A stretch of 57,794 bases of DNA, taken from IMG/VR virus record IMGVR_UViG_3300036846_000250, positions 1-57,794 of that record; one strand, given 5' to 3'. Made by a program: the position numbers and the translations under genes. Source of the stretch: a virus. Lineage: Duplodnaviria; Caudoviricetes. Below are positions 37,462-46,273 of the stretch, piece by piece. Every line of letters begins with the position of its first letter. Position 1 is the first letter of the stretch. The notes beneath the pieces were generated by a model. That model had not been told where the DNA came from. It saw only the letters and a program-made list of their open reading frames with translations, and made no database searches.

Positions 37462-38314
37462 ACACACACAATTGTCGTGGGCTGACATTCGCAGTTTGAT
37501 CGCCGACCGGATTCCAAAAGACCTTCTGGTTTACGGCGTGCCGCGCGGCGGCGCGGTCGTGGCTGCGATGCGCGGCCGCAACGTGGACAATGCGCCGGAC
37601 GCCGACGTGATCGTGGACGACATAATCGACAGCGGACGGACGCGCGACAAATTCAAGCACATGTTTCCTGACAAGATGTTCGTCGCGCTGATCGACAAGA
37701 CCGACCAGAGCGATCCGCATCTGCGCGACGGCTGGATTCATTTTCCGTGGGAGCCGCCAGCGGAGACCGACATACAGGAATCGGTGACGCGGATTCTGGA
37801 ATACATCGGCGACCGACCGGAGCGCGAAGGCTTGAAGGAAACTCCTGCGCGTGTCGTCAGGTCGTGGGACGAAATATTCGCTGGCTACAAAATGAAAGTC
37901 GAAGACGTGCTGTGCAAAGAGTTCGAGGCGGACGGCTACGACGAATTGATCATCTGCCGGAACATCGATTTCTACTCGACGTGCGAACATCATCTGCAAC
38001 CGTTCTTCGGACGTGCGCACGTCGGCTACATCCCGAAACGTAAAGTGGTCGGCCTGTCGAAGCTGGCGCGGCTCGTCGATCTGTTCGCGCGTCGGTTGCA
38101 GATACAGGAGCGACTGACAGCTCAGATCGCGGACGCGCTCGAGGAACATCTGCAACCGTTAGGCGTGGCGGTGCTGATCGAGGCGCAACATTTCTGCATG
38201 GTCTGTCGCGGCGTGCGCAAACAAAACTCCTGCATGACGACGAGCAGTCTGAAAGGTTTATTCCGGAGCGCGGAAGCTCGCGCGGAATTTTTCGCTCTGG
38301 TGGCGCGATCATGA
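37451..38314 (+). CDS. folE: Purine phosphoribosyltransferase-like domain fused to GTP cyclohydrolase I (FolE)
   Basis: N-terminal [23 protein letters not shown]; C-terminal [38 protein letters not shown]. Confidence 0.92.
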   Translation: MESKHTQLSWADIRSLIADRIPKDLLVYGVPRGGAVVAAMRGRNVDNAPDADVIVDDIIDSGRTRDKFKHMFPDKMFVALIDKTDQSDPHLRDGWIHFPWEPPAETDIQESVTRILEYIGDRPEREGLKETPARVVRSWDEIFAGYKMKVEDVLCKEFEADGYDELIICRNIDFYSTCEHHLQPFFGRAHVGYIPKRKVVGLSKLARLVDLFARRLQIQERLTAQIADALEEHLQPLGVAVLIEAQHFCMVCRGVRKQNSCMTTSSLKGLFRSAEARAEFFALVARS

Positions 38315-38407
38315 TCTCGTCGATCGACTTCATTGGCTGCGGCGTGCCCGTGCTGTTGTTCTGCTACAGCGAGAACATTCCGTGGACTTGGACATGAACA
38401 TGACCAC

Positions 38408-38599
38408 ATGAAACAACCACTGAACGTGATTGTCGAAGGTGCTCTCGACTGGTGGCGTCAAATCGATACGCAACGCTACTACCGGATCGTGTGGGCGTCG
38501 CCGCACGAAGTCGCTGCGATCTCCGACAGCGATACCTGGCTCGGCTCTGCGGTAACGTTCGTCCGAGAATTTGAACGCATCGACGGCGGTGCTGTATAA
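38408..38599 (+). CDS. Hypothetical protein
   Basis: MKQPLNVIVEG... short ORF after folE. Confidence 0.45.
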   Translation: MKQPLNVIVEGALDWWRQIDTQRYYRIVWASPHEVAAISDSDTWLGSAVTFVREFERIDGGAV

Positions 38600-38706
38600 C
38601 AACGGCAGTGGTGTATATCGCCGGAAGGTGCGTCGCGCCCCAAAAGGCATGTATGACAACGGCAGTCCTGTATAACGACGCCGGTGCTGTATATCGCCGC
38701 GAAGTG
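38581..38706 (+). repeat. 19-bp-period degenerate tandem array (iteron-like)
   Basis: TGTAT starts at 38593, 38612, 38650, 38669, 38688; unit approx. TGTATAACAACGGCAGTNN. Confidence 0.75.
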
Positions 38707-38719
38707 CGTCGGCATTTTG

Positions 38720-38785
38720 CTGCGTGTCTCCCAGCAGCGAAAATCGCTGGACAAAAATATTTTCCCCCTGCGTGTCTCCCAGCAG
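38720..38785 (+). repeat. 18-bp direct repeat CTGCGTGTCTCCCAGCAG x2
   Basis: Exact copies at 38720-38737 and 38768-38785; variant at 6040-6057. Confidence 0.85.
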
Positions 38786-38857
38786 GGTCTGGATTTGAAG
38801 CGAGAAAAATCCGCTTTTTCGCCATTGTCTTTTGATGGAGCACCCTGAGCGTGCGGA

Positions 38858-39073
38858 ATGATACACACACAGAAACCAAATCCAGATTGCATCAAAGGGC
38901 GGATCTTCCGACACAAGAACGGCAAATTTTACATCGTGTTTGCGGCTGACGGCTGCTTCTACAAAGACGGGCAACCGGTCTTCGGGATGTTCGGCGGTCA
39001 GACGCTGCGCGACGGAAAACCATACGGGCCAATGCGCGACATGGCGATTGCCAACGTTGCGGAGTGGCTCTAA
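38858..39073 (+). CDS. Hypothetical protein
   Basis: ORF behind a TTGTCT promoter-like motif, probably leaderless. Confidence 0.55.
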   Translation: MIHTQKPNPDCIKGRIFRHKNGKFYIVFAADGCFYKDGQPVFGMFGGQTLRDGKPYGPMRDMAIANVAEWL

Positions 39074-39094
39074 CAACCAACGGAAAATACACAC

Positions 39095-39451
39095 ATGACA
39101 AAAATACTGACAATAAAAAAAGCGGCGGCGGCTGGACGGTCGTTCGGTCGCGGAATGGATAACTACCGAACACCGGCACGTTACGAAATTTTCTTCAACG
39201 ACCGGCTGATCGGTTCAATCGTCGGCAAGCGTGTCGGCTACATGGACAGCGGCACTTGGGAAATCTACTACGTCGAAGCGGCGACCGGACTGTGGCGACC
39301 AGCGAAGACGTTCTACATAGGCGGACGCAAGGCGGCTGTGGAATGGGTTCACGCCGAGACGCCTCGGCTTATGTGCCTGCATCACGGAACGACGCCTGCC
39401 GAGCTTGACGAGATCGACCGCCGGATCGCTGCGGCGGTGCGAAAAAACTGA
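39095..39451 (+). CDS. Hypothetical protein
   Basis: ORF followed by an intrinsic terminator. Confidence 0.65.
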   Translation: MTKILTIKKAAAAGRSFGRGMDNYRTPARYEIFFNDRLIGSIVGKRVGYMDSGTWEIYYVEAATGLWRPAKTFYIGGRKAAVEWVHAETPRLMCLHHGTTPAELDEIDRRIAAAVRKN

Positions 39452-39469
39452 CGGATCGCCTGACCAACG

Positions 39470-39504
39470 ACGGCTGCACTGGAAACGGTGCAGCCGTTTT
39501 TTTT
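39470..39504 (+). terminator. Intrinsic terminator
   Basis: ACGGCTGCACTG-GAAA-CGGTGCAGCCGT followed by T-run. Confidence 0.85.
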
Positions 39505-39511
39505 GCGTCCG

Positions 39512-39537
39512 AAGGTATCTGCAAACGGTGATAAGCT
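39512..39537 (+). repeat. 28-bp palindromic element, copy 11 (divergent)
   Basis: AAGGTATCTGCAAACGGTGATAAGCT. Confidence 0.85.
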
Positions 39538-39540
39538 AAA

Positions 39541-39635
39541 ACGCGCGAGGATTGCGCTAGAATCGTTTTGATGTGGTTTGGCTATGGTGACACTGGTCAA
39601 GGCAACAAAACGCGATATACACAAACGTCAGCGCG
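39541..39635 (+). repeat. ~100-bp bipartite element (family B), copy 4
   Basis: GAGGATTGCGCTAGAATCGTTTT-N37(TGGCTATGG)-AAAACGCGATATAC. Confidence 0.85.
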
Positions 39636-39791
39636 GCAATGGGCATTCTGGAAGCGGATCAGGACTGCTCTAAGGCAAAAAGAGAGCGGCGACAGATATC
39701 CGGTCCGTCGCCGCCCCTATGGTTTCATGTCTCAGTTCCACCTACAGTTCCACTTCAATGAAACGCTAGCACAGCGAAAGCGCGGTGCAAA

Positions 39792-39995
39792 TCATTTCAA
39801 ACTGTCGAGCCACAGCTTGACGACTGCGATCGAGTTCTTCCATCGCTTAGGATTCTCGACGTGATTCAAGATCACTCGCAGCGCCACGCGGACTGCTGGC
39901 GGCAGCGGAACGCGCACGACGTTCGAGTTCTGGTTCACTGGCGCGTTTATCGGGTCGCGCGGACCTTTGTATGCGGTGTCGCTCATTCTGCTCAT
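39792..39995 (-). CDS. Hypothetical protein
   Basis: ATGA-coupled small ORF at the end of the early operon. Confidence 0.5.
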   Translation of the reverse strand: MSRMSDTAYKGPRDPINAPVNQNSNVVRVPLPPAVRVALRVILNHVENPKRWKNSIAVVKLWLDSLK

Positions 39996-40174
39996 GTGGT
40001 TTTGATCACGGCGTGCTTGCACATTTTTTGCAATTGCTCCGCCGCCATTTTGGTTGCTGCCTCGCGTGTCTCTGGCGTGTCAGGCACGCCGAGTTCACGC
40101 AACATCTTCGGCACGTCGATGTGCAGCGACTGGTCGCGCTCATCGATCCATGCACAGGGCGTGATTTGTTTCAT
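39992..40174 (-). CDS. Hypothetical protein
   Basis: GGAGG RBS, coupled. Confidence 0.6.
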   Translation of the reverse strand: MKQITPCAWIDERDQSLHIDVPKMLRELGVPDTPETREAATKMAAEQLQKMCKHAVIKTT

Positions 40175-40389
40175 TTTTTCCTCCGGTCTGTAGTTATTAA
40201 CATGCCATGCGTTCGCGTTGCTGCCTCGCGCTGGCTGACTGCGAGCGCAAGGTCATGCACAGCTTGTTCACGGACTTCGTCGTAGATATGCCGGAGTGCG
40301 CCACGCGGCGTTGCTCCTGCCTGCGGATCGTCTGGCATCCATTCGCGGACGAGATTACTGACGGACTTTACAAATTCCTCGAAGTGCAT
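40171..40389 (-). CDS. Hypothetical protein
   Basis: Coupled small ORF. Confidence 0.55.
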   Translation of the reverse strand: MHFEEFVKSVSNLVREWMPDDPQAGATPRGALRHIYDEVREQAVHDLALAVSQREAATRTHGMLITTDRRKK

Positions 40390-40391
40390 GG

Positions 40392-40625
40392 TTATTTAAT
40401 GTAGTGAACGAGCGCGAAGACGGCGGCGGCGATGAACACCGCAGCGCCAAGCAGGATCGCTACGGCGTGCCAGCCGGATATCGGCTGGTCAGGTTCACTG
40501 ACCGGCAGTCCTTCTTTGTTAGGCCACCAGCGGTCGTCGGCGAAATGTGCGCTGACGTGGCCTTTTTCGCCTTCGCAACGGTAATATTTGCCGTGCAAAA
40601 TTATGTTGTGCTTACACTGGCTCAT
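40392..40625 (-). CDS. Small Cys/His protein with C-terminal TM helix
   Basis: AAGGAG RBS; C...CEGEKGHVSAH; hydrophobic C-terminus. Confidence 0.6.
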   Translation of the reverse strand: MSQCKHNIILHGKYYRCEGEKGHVSAHFADDRWWPNKEGLPVSEPDQPISGWHAVAILLGAAVFIAAAVFALVHYIK

Positions 40626-40824
40626 AATGGACTCCTTTCGTGTCGAGCGTCTTGCGGAGCGCCTCGGCTTCGGTCCAAAGTTCTCTGGCATACGCCTTGT
40701 CGATCGTAGCCCACGTCCGCGCCAGATCGCGCTTGCCATAAAATCTCTCGAGCGTCGCGGCGGCGCGTGCTTCGCATCGTTTCCGCGTGCGGTTGCTGAA
40801 ATGTGAATTGCTGTGTCGTGCCAT
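40612..40824 (-). CDS. Hypothetical protein
   Basis: Small ORF in the operon. Confidence 0.5.
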   Translation of the reverse strand: MARHSNSHFSNRTRKRCEARAAATLERFYGKRDLARTWATIDKAYARELWTEAEALRKTLDTKGVHYEPV

Positions 40825-40886
40825 TGTATTTTCGTTTCAGTGCGGCGGCGGATTTGCCGACCGCCGCACGATGTTTTAATTCACGC

Positions 40887-41927
40887 TCAGATTTTTGACC
40901 AGCACGATTTCGGCAGCTCTAATATTTCGCCGCCGACACGTTGCAGATCGACGCTGCGATCGTAGGACTCGACGTCCGTGGCCGTGCGCGTAACTGCGTT
41001 TATCAGGCCGAACAGATTCGCCTGACCGCCTTCGATCAGATGATTCAACACAGCGGCTTTCTCGTCCTCATTGAACGAGAAGCGGCTGGCGACTTCCTCG
41101 ACAGCGCCGACCGGATCTTTGAACTTCTGCGCGGTTGCGCCCTCGAACTTGTCGACCATCGCGTTGAATCGCGCCGGATCGAACAGACCGTCGCAGACGT
41201 CTTTCACCTTCATCCAGAACGCGCGGTCATCCATCTGCCGCGTGGCGTCGGTGTAATACTCTGCGGCGTCGTCGAGTTCGTCGTCGAATCTGCGACCGAC
41301 GTGACGGCGCTCGAGCACGCGCGGCATGACCATGCCGTTCAAGCAGCGCAAGTAATACAGGAGCGGTTCGAGCTTGATCTTGCCGCTGCCGACTTCGCTG
41401 TTGCTGATGCACGCGCCAGCTTGGACCACGTCGCCGACGAGCTTGGCCTCGATCTTCGGCGTGGCTGCTTGGATGTAGAGACGAGTCTCGGTGATCTCGC
41501 ACGACAGGATTGTGCAATTGAGTTCGGCCAGCTTCGGCAGGATTACTGCTGCCAGATCGGCGTTCTCCAACGGACGATATCGCTCGGCGAGAAACGCGCG
41601 TGCGGTGTGATCGCCGTTCAAGAGCGTGCGAAGCATTCGGCGCTCGGGCTGGTTCTTCCACCAATAGTTAATGTTCTGCGCCATCAATTTGCCGTGGCCG
41701 TCGCTCATCCTGTCCGCATACGCGGCAGGAATATTGCTGCGCTGACATATTTGCCTGAGGCAATGTCGCGTCGGCGCGGCGTCATAATGATCGCGCTTCA
41801 CTTTGAACCCGATCGTGCCTTCGTCACTGAAACGAAGCACGTCGGTCGGGACGCGGAAATCTTTCCGCGCCTCCTCTGTGCGTTTGATTATAGCTGCGAT
41901 ATCTTGCAGCGGTCTTCCTTCTTTCAC
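40887..41927 (-). CDS. DUF932-family protein
   Basis: ARAFLAERYRPLEN, ISNSEVGSG, LRCLNGM, RRHVG, GLINAVT. Confidence 0.85.
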   Translation of the reverse strand: MKEGRPLQDIAAIIKRTEEARKDFRVPTDVLRFSDEGTIGFKVKRDHYDAAPTRHCLRQICQRSNIPAAYADRMSDGHGKLMAQNINYWWKNQPERRMLRTLLNGDHTARAFLAERYRPLENADLAAVILPKLAELNCTILSCEITETRLYIQAATPKIEAKLVGDVVQAGACISNSEVGSGKIKLEPLLYYLRCLNGMVMPRVLERRHVGRRFDDELDDAAEYYTDATRQMDDRAFWMKVKDVCDGLFDPARFNAMVDKFEGATAQKFKDPVGAVEEVASRFSFNEDEKAAVLNHLIEGGQANLFGLINAVTRTATDVESYDRSVDLQRVGGEILELPKSCWSKI

Positions 41928-42355
41928 TTGGTTTTTTCCTCCTTGGTTTGTTGTTGGTTTTGTTCTGCGGGGACATTCTCTAAAAGTTTTTTGGTGGCTT
42001 GCTTGGCAACCAGACCGTGAACGGTCGGCTGCATGACGGCTTCCATGCGCTCTAGCAACGCGTGCGTGACGTTCTGCTCGATGCCAGCGAGAACAACGTC
42101 GCGGACTTGCAGCTCAAGCGACTGGATGATATCGCGGACTGCTTCGCCTTTATCCATGCGCCACCAGCGCAATCGCTGGTCAGGCTTGGCGTCTTTGCCT
42201 TGCTTGTCGAGCATCAGCAGACGACGGATGCGCGGCGTCGCCGGAATGTAATACGAAATGCCGAACGACTGGACGCACAGATAAAACTCTGCGCGGTCGC
42301 GTAGGTTCGGCGACAGCTCGACGTGGTCGGGCAGTTCGTGGACGACATACATCAT
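41924..42355 (-). CDS. Hypothetical protein
   Basis: GGAGG RBS, coupled. Confidence 0.65.
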   Translation of the reverse strand: MMYVVHELPDHVELSPNLRDRAEFYLCVQSFGISYYIPATPRIRRLLMLDKQGKDAKPDQRLRWWRMDKGEAVRDIIQSLELQVRDVVLAGIEQNVTHALLERMEAVMQPTVHGLVAKQATKKLLENVPAEQNQQQTKEEKTK

Positions 42356-42879
42356 GGTTTTTTTTTCCTCCGTGGAAGCTTATCTGCGTTTGGTGATAAG
42401 CTTTCCCAAACGCCAAGCGGCGCGTGCTGAATATCTTTGTCGTCGAGATTCGGACGCCCCATGCGCGAGCCGAATACACCGCCAAAGATGAATCGCTCGA
42501 CTATTGCGGCAATGCCGCTGATCGTTAGGCCGTGCGGATGTTCGCGGCGATAGCGCCGGAATAAATGCTCAGGCGTGGCTTGCGCTTTCATTACTTCGCG
42601 CTGCACCAGAATCAATGCGCCAGCGCATTCGCGCGTCTGCACGGTTTCCGGTGCGCGCTTGCCATTGATCTGCGGATGCCGACAGTCAGTCGGATGACAG
42701 GTCATGCGTTCGCCGGAACGCAGACCGCGCCACAGGCGGTTTCTGTTGGCGTCGCTATACCAAGCGAATCGATCGCCTGCCACGCGCGGCGATGGTTTGT
42801 CGCGATTGCTGACGCGCCACGGACATTCGCTACACGCTGCGTCTGCGGCTGGCTGGACTTGTTTTTCTCGTTTTTTCAT
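42352..42879 (-). CDS. Cys-rich hypothetical protein (DUF6283-like)
   Basis: ACSECPWR...MTCH...ECAG; C-terminus encoded by a repeat copy (SLSPNADKL). Confidence 0.6.
   Translation of the reverse strand: MKKREKQVQPAADAACSECPWRVSNRDKPSPRVAGDRFAWYSDANRNRLWRGLRSGERMTCHPTDCRHPQINGKRAPETVQTRECAGALILVQREVMKAQATPEHLFRRYRREHPHGLTISGIAAIVERFIFGGVFGSRMGRPNLDDKDIQHAPLGVWESLSPNADKLPRRKKKP
42376..42403 (+). repeat. 28-bp palindromic element, copy 12 (inside CDS)
   Basis: AAGCTTATCTGCGTTTGGTGATAAGCTT. Confidence 0.95.
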
Positions 42880-43057
42880 GCGGATAAATCTTGAAATAGC
42901 GCCAAGCGCTGTCGTTGAATGGATACATGATGCGGCAACCGCCTTTCCAGCGCACTAGCACAGCGCCCCACGTAACGTGTTCGACGGTGGCGGTGTCGCC
43001 GTCGTGCCAGTGCAGCGTGTCGCCTGTTTTTAGTTTGGACGGATCTTCGATTTTCAT
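42830..43057 (-). CDS. Hypothetical protein
   Basis: MKIEDPSKLKTGD...; ATGA coupling. Confidence 0.5.
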   Translation of the reverse strand: MKIEDPSKLKTGDTLHWHDGDTATVEHVTWGAVLVRWKGGCRIMYPFNDSAWRYFKIYPHEKTRKTSPASRRRSV

Positions 43058-44043
43058 CGCTGGACAGAATAAATTTTTTCGAGGACTGGCTTGTCCTCTG
43101 GACCTTTGACGTAGGGCGCAATCCAAATCACTTTGTGCGCCTTCTCTTTGGAATACCATTGCGCTCGGTGATGGCCTGTGACCCACCATTTGTGTCGCCA
43201 GTCTACGTGGCGGTGATCGCCGCTCGGCGGTTTGCGTTCGCGATACCGGCGCAACGCCACGACGCGAACGTCGGCTTTATTATCCTCGAACACGCCTTGC
43301 TGACCGCTGCGCTGCATCTGTCGCCGGATGTGATGCGGCAGACCGTGCGCGGTGTGTGTCGTGTAGGGACTGGCGAGAAACGAACAGCGTTTCAACAGCC
43401 GACCGATTTCATTTTGCGACATGCCTTCGCCGAAGTCGTCCGGATAAATCATGCCATACGGAATGTCCATCAGGACAAACTCGGCGCGTCTGCGGCTGTC
43501 GCGCTTGCCATAGATTTCGTCGTGCAGGATTCGCATACGGTCGACGCCGTGCATGACGAGCATCCAATTGGTCTCGAAGTATTCCGGTTCGTGAATGATA
43601 TACGACCGCTGGCGCGACCAGAACATGATCGGCGTCGGCATGACGTTGCGCGATATTGTGTGCTTCGGCAGTGGCGCTGCGTCGGCGAGTTCTTCGCAAT
43701 GATCGCTCCATTGATACACTTGCGCGTGCAGCATGAAATAAGCGAACGTCGACGCGATTGCCGGATCAAGTTTTCTGTCGAGATAAACGAGGCTCAACAT
43801 TTCTGTTCGCGTGGCTGCGAGGCTGGCCAATTGCATGACGGCCCACAGCTGTTCGCCTATGGCGTGCTCAGGACGTGTGTTGTGCGCGTTCTGCCGATTG
43901 ATATGCTGCATATACAGGCGCACGACATGATCGTTGGACAGCGCGGCGACCACTCTGCGCGCCCACGCGTCGTAAAGGTGCGGATCGATTTCGGTGGCAA
44001 TCGACTTGGTTATCAGCTCGTCGAGCTGGTCAAAATTCATCAT
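43054..44043 (-). CDS. Conserved phage hypothetical protein
   Basis: C-terminal WWVTGHHRAQWY...IWIAPYVKGP motif; strong AAGGAGG RBS. Confidence 0.75.
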   Translation of the reverse strand: MMNFDQLDELITKSIATEIDPHLYDAWARRVVAALSNDHVVRLYMQHINRQNAHNTRPEHAIGEQLWAVMQLASLAATRTEMLSLVYLDRKLDPAIASTFAYFMLHAQVYQWSDHCEELADAAPLPKHTISRNVMPTPIMFWSRQRSYIIHEPEYFETNWMLVMHGVDRMRILHDEIYGKRDSRRRAEFVLMDIPYGMIYPDDFGEGMSQNEIGRLLKRCSFLASPYTTHTAHGLPHHIRRQMQRSGQQGVFEDNKADVRVVALRRYRERKPPSGDHRHVDWRHKWWVTGHHRAQWYSKEKAHKVIWIAPYVKGPEDKPVLEKIYSVQR

Positions 44044-44175
44044 GGTTTTTTTTTCCTCCTTGGTTTTTTGTGGTTGACAATGATTTGTTAGGCTGTTAAA
44101 AAAGTGCTATGGCGCATGCTGCACAGGGCGCGGAGGCATAGTCGGCGAGACTTTGAACCTCCGCGCCTCTGGTTT

Positions 44176-44658
44176 TTAATACGCGTTCGGTTTGTAGGAC
44201 GTGGCATAATCGAGGTCGTTGCGTTGCGCCTGATACTCTGGCGACGCGCTCGAGCACGCCATGTAAACGCTGCGTGGATGCGCGATGCTCGGCGGCATGT
44301 GCGTATCGAAATACGCGCAACCGAACGGCGCTACGGCATGAATGCTGCACTGATCGTTCTCATTCAAGAACACACAGCGGCTCTTGTGCATCTTTGGACA
44401 GATCGATCCGATGCGCATTGTCCGACCGGTGCGACTGTCTTTCACGAGCGAACCTGGGCTTGCGGCGAAATACTTTTTCGCGCATTCCTCGACCGACATT
44501 TGCAGATACGCGGCGATGCGCTCGAGATCGCCACGCACAAGTGCGCCGGACTGCCGACGACAACATGCTTTACAGTTCTCGCACGCACAGACTGTGCGGC
44601 TGAACGGATGCTTATCATCGTTTGGTGATAAGCTATCCTCCGAATTCAATTGGTTCAT
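44176..44658 (-). CDS. YkgJ-like CxxCxxCC cysteine-cluster protein
   Basis: CACENCKACC...CVFL....CSIH..APFGC..F. Confidence 0.8.
   Translation of the reverse strand: MNQLNSEDSLSPNDDKHPFSRTVCACENCKACCRRQSGALVRGDLERIAAYLQMSVEECAKKYFAASPGSLVKDSRTGRTMRIGSICPKMHKSRCVFLNENDQCSIHAVAPFGCAYFDTHMPPSIAHPRSVYMACSSASPEYQAQRNDLDYATSYKPNAY
44608..44635 (+). repeat. 28-bp palindromic element, copy 13 (variant, inside CDS)
   Basis: ATGCTTATCATCGTTTGGTGATAAGCTA; encodes SLSPNDDKH on the minus strand. Confidence 0.85.
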
Positions 44659-45067
44659 CTGATGTTTCCTCCTTGGTTCGCGCCTTCTGTTCATCGACTG
44701 GTTCGACAAATGGCGCTTTTCCTTTGTCGTAGTCGGTCTGCATTGGTTTTATTGTGCGCTTGATCGCGCGGACGGTGTTCGCCACAACCGACGTGAACAT
44801 CGCCTGCTGCTCTAGCGTCGCGGCGAGGGACACGAACGGTTCGCCTTGCGGTTTGCCTGCGGCGACCCACTGATAAAACTCGTCGCGATATCCGTCGTGC
44901 GCCCAAGCGTGGATTGCGTCTGTGCCTGTGACGCGACGCGTAATCTGGCCGTTGTCGATTCGCGCCCAAATGCGTCTGGCGTCCGGATGACCTCCGACGC
45001 TCGCGCCCGTGGCGTCGTCTGAGCCTGCTGGCTCCCACCAAGTGATAAATGCTGGTGGCGGTCTCAT
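44633..45067 (-). CDS. Hypothetical protein
   Basis: ATGA-coupled to the upstream gene. Confidence 0.55.
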   Translation of the reverse strand: MRPPPAFITWWEPAGSDDATGASVGGHPDARRIWARIDNGQITRRVTGTDAIHAWAHDGYRDEFYQWVAAGKPQGEPFVSLAATLEQQAMFTSVVANTVRAIKRTIKPMQTDYDKGKAPFVEPVDEQKARTKEETSDEPIEFGG

Positions 45068-45402
45068 AGTTCGCACAGACGAATCCGAATCTGCTCAAGC
45101 TTGCGGTCGCGCTCTGCGGACTCTGGCTGTCGCATGAGTTCGGCCTTGCGCCTGTTCAGATCGTTGATGATTTTGTTCCTGACGTGAATCGGCGGCAGCG
45201 GCTGGCGCTGCTGTTTTCGCCGACCGAATCTGGCTGCATGTTTTTTCCATGTGACAACGGTGTGACGCCAGCTAACCATTTTGACTTTGCCGACGTGCCA
45301 GCCGTTGGAATTGTAGTGCGCGAGAAATTCCTCCGGATCGAAATCATGGAATCCGATTCGTTGGGCATACTCGCGTAACTGATCGACTGTAGGTTTTCTC
45401 AT
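45064..45402 (-). CDS. Protein resembling the C-terminal domain of phage replication initiators
   Basis: PTVDQLREYA...DPEEFLAHYNSNGW.VGK.KM.SWR..V.TW pattern. Confidence 0.65.
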   Translation of the reverse strand: MRKPTVDQLREYAQRIGFHDFDPEEFLAHYNSNGWHVGKVKMVSWRHTVVTWKKHAARFGRRKQQRQPLPPIHVRNKIINDLNRRKAELMRQPESAERDRKLEQIRIRLCEL

Positions 45403-45659
45403 AGTGTGTATTTCTGTTGCTGCATTTTTTCACGCGCGGCGACCGAACTGAAAAGAGAAAAGAAAAAGCCCCAAAAAAGAAAAGACGCGCGGCGACCGTT
45501 TATTAACGTGACGGGGCTTCCACGATCCGCTGCGCGTCACCTTCCGTTTGAGGCTCGGTCTATCTCTGCTCACCGACTGCCGACGTGCTCAGAGTAATTT
45601 CTGAGGATTTAATTTCGGACTAAGACCGATACGACTGTCAACAGTTTTTTTTGCTACGG

Positions 45660-45911
45660 TCACTCGCGTCCCTCTTTCACGCGCTGCACGAACTCTTGCA
45701 GCTGCTGCGCGACATTCTCGGCTTCCTTGACGCCTTCGTCCTCGCTGATCTTTGTCACCTCGACCGCCATGTGAGTAAAAAGGGCAGCGCACGCAGCGAA
45801 CCACACACGTCTGCTCTCTTTGTATTGCGACTGATACTGCTGCACTTGCGGGTTCACTTTTCGCATGAACGCTTCAAACTCGTCGTCGAGATCTATCGGT
45901 TGAAAGCTCAT
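45660..45911 (-). CDS. Hypothetical protein
   Basis: Q..ESRRVWFAACAA pattern; coupled. Confidence 0.6.
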   Translation of the reverse strand: MSFQPIDLDDEFEAFMRKVNPQVQQYQSQYKESRRVWFAACAALFTHMAVEVTKISEDEGVKEAENVAQQLQEFVQRVKEGRE

Positions 45912-46273
45912 AACGTCATCGGCTGATCGTGCGTGAGCGATTCTCGGCGAAGCGTCCACAGTTTGCGTTTGCCGCGTGCGCCTCGTTTCGCCCACGACCA
46001 GATTTCGATCCGGAAGTGGCGCGACAGAAGCGCGAACGACGGCGACGCGATTGCTTTCTTCTTGCGTGCGTTGTGATGCGTGTCGGTCGTGGACTGGACG
46101 GCGAGCACGCCGAACGCGTCGACGGCCAGCGTGTCGATGAATCCATACAAGTCCTGCGTGAGGAGTGGGCCTCGCCAGCCGCGAGCGGTGGCCGGAAGTT
46201 TGCGCTCGCAGTTTGCGACGTGATATCCTCGGTCGCGCAAATGCTTTTGCGTGCGACTGGTCGGACTGCTCAT
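45908..46273 (-). CDS. PD-(D/E)xK nuclease, Holliday-junction-resolvase-like
   Basis: LRDRGY.V...E, DLYGFIDTLAV...LAVQST, IEIWSW. Confidence 0.7.
   Translation of the reverse strand: MSSPTSRTQKHLRDRGYHVANCERKLPATARGWRGPLLTQDLYGFIDTLAVDAFGVLAVQSTTDTHHNARKKKAIASPSFALLSRHFRIEIWSWAKRGARGKRKLWTLRRESLTHDQPMTL

Noticed and set aside
36335-38314. Queuosine tRNA-modification auxiliary metabolic genes
   Set aside because: No queC, queF, queA or tRNA genes were seen, and linkage to DpdA-like and ParB genes points to DNA modification instead.
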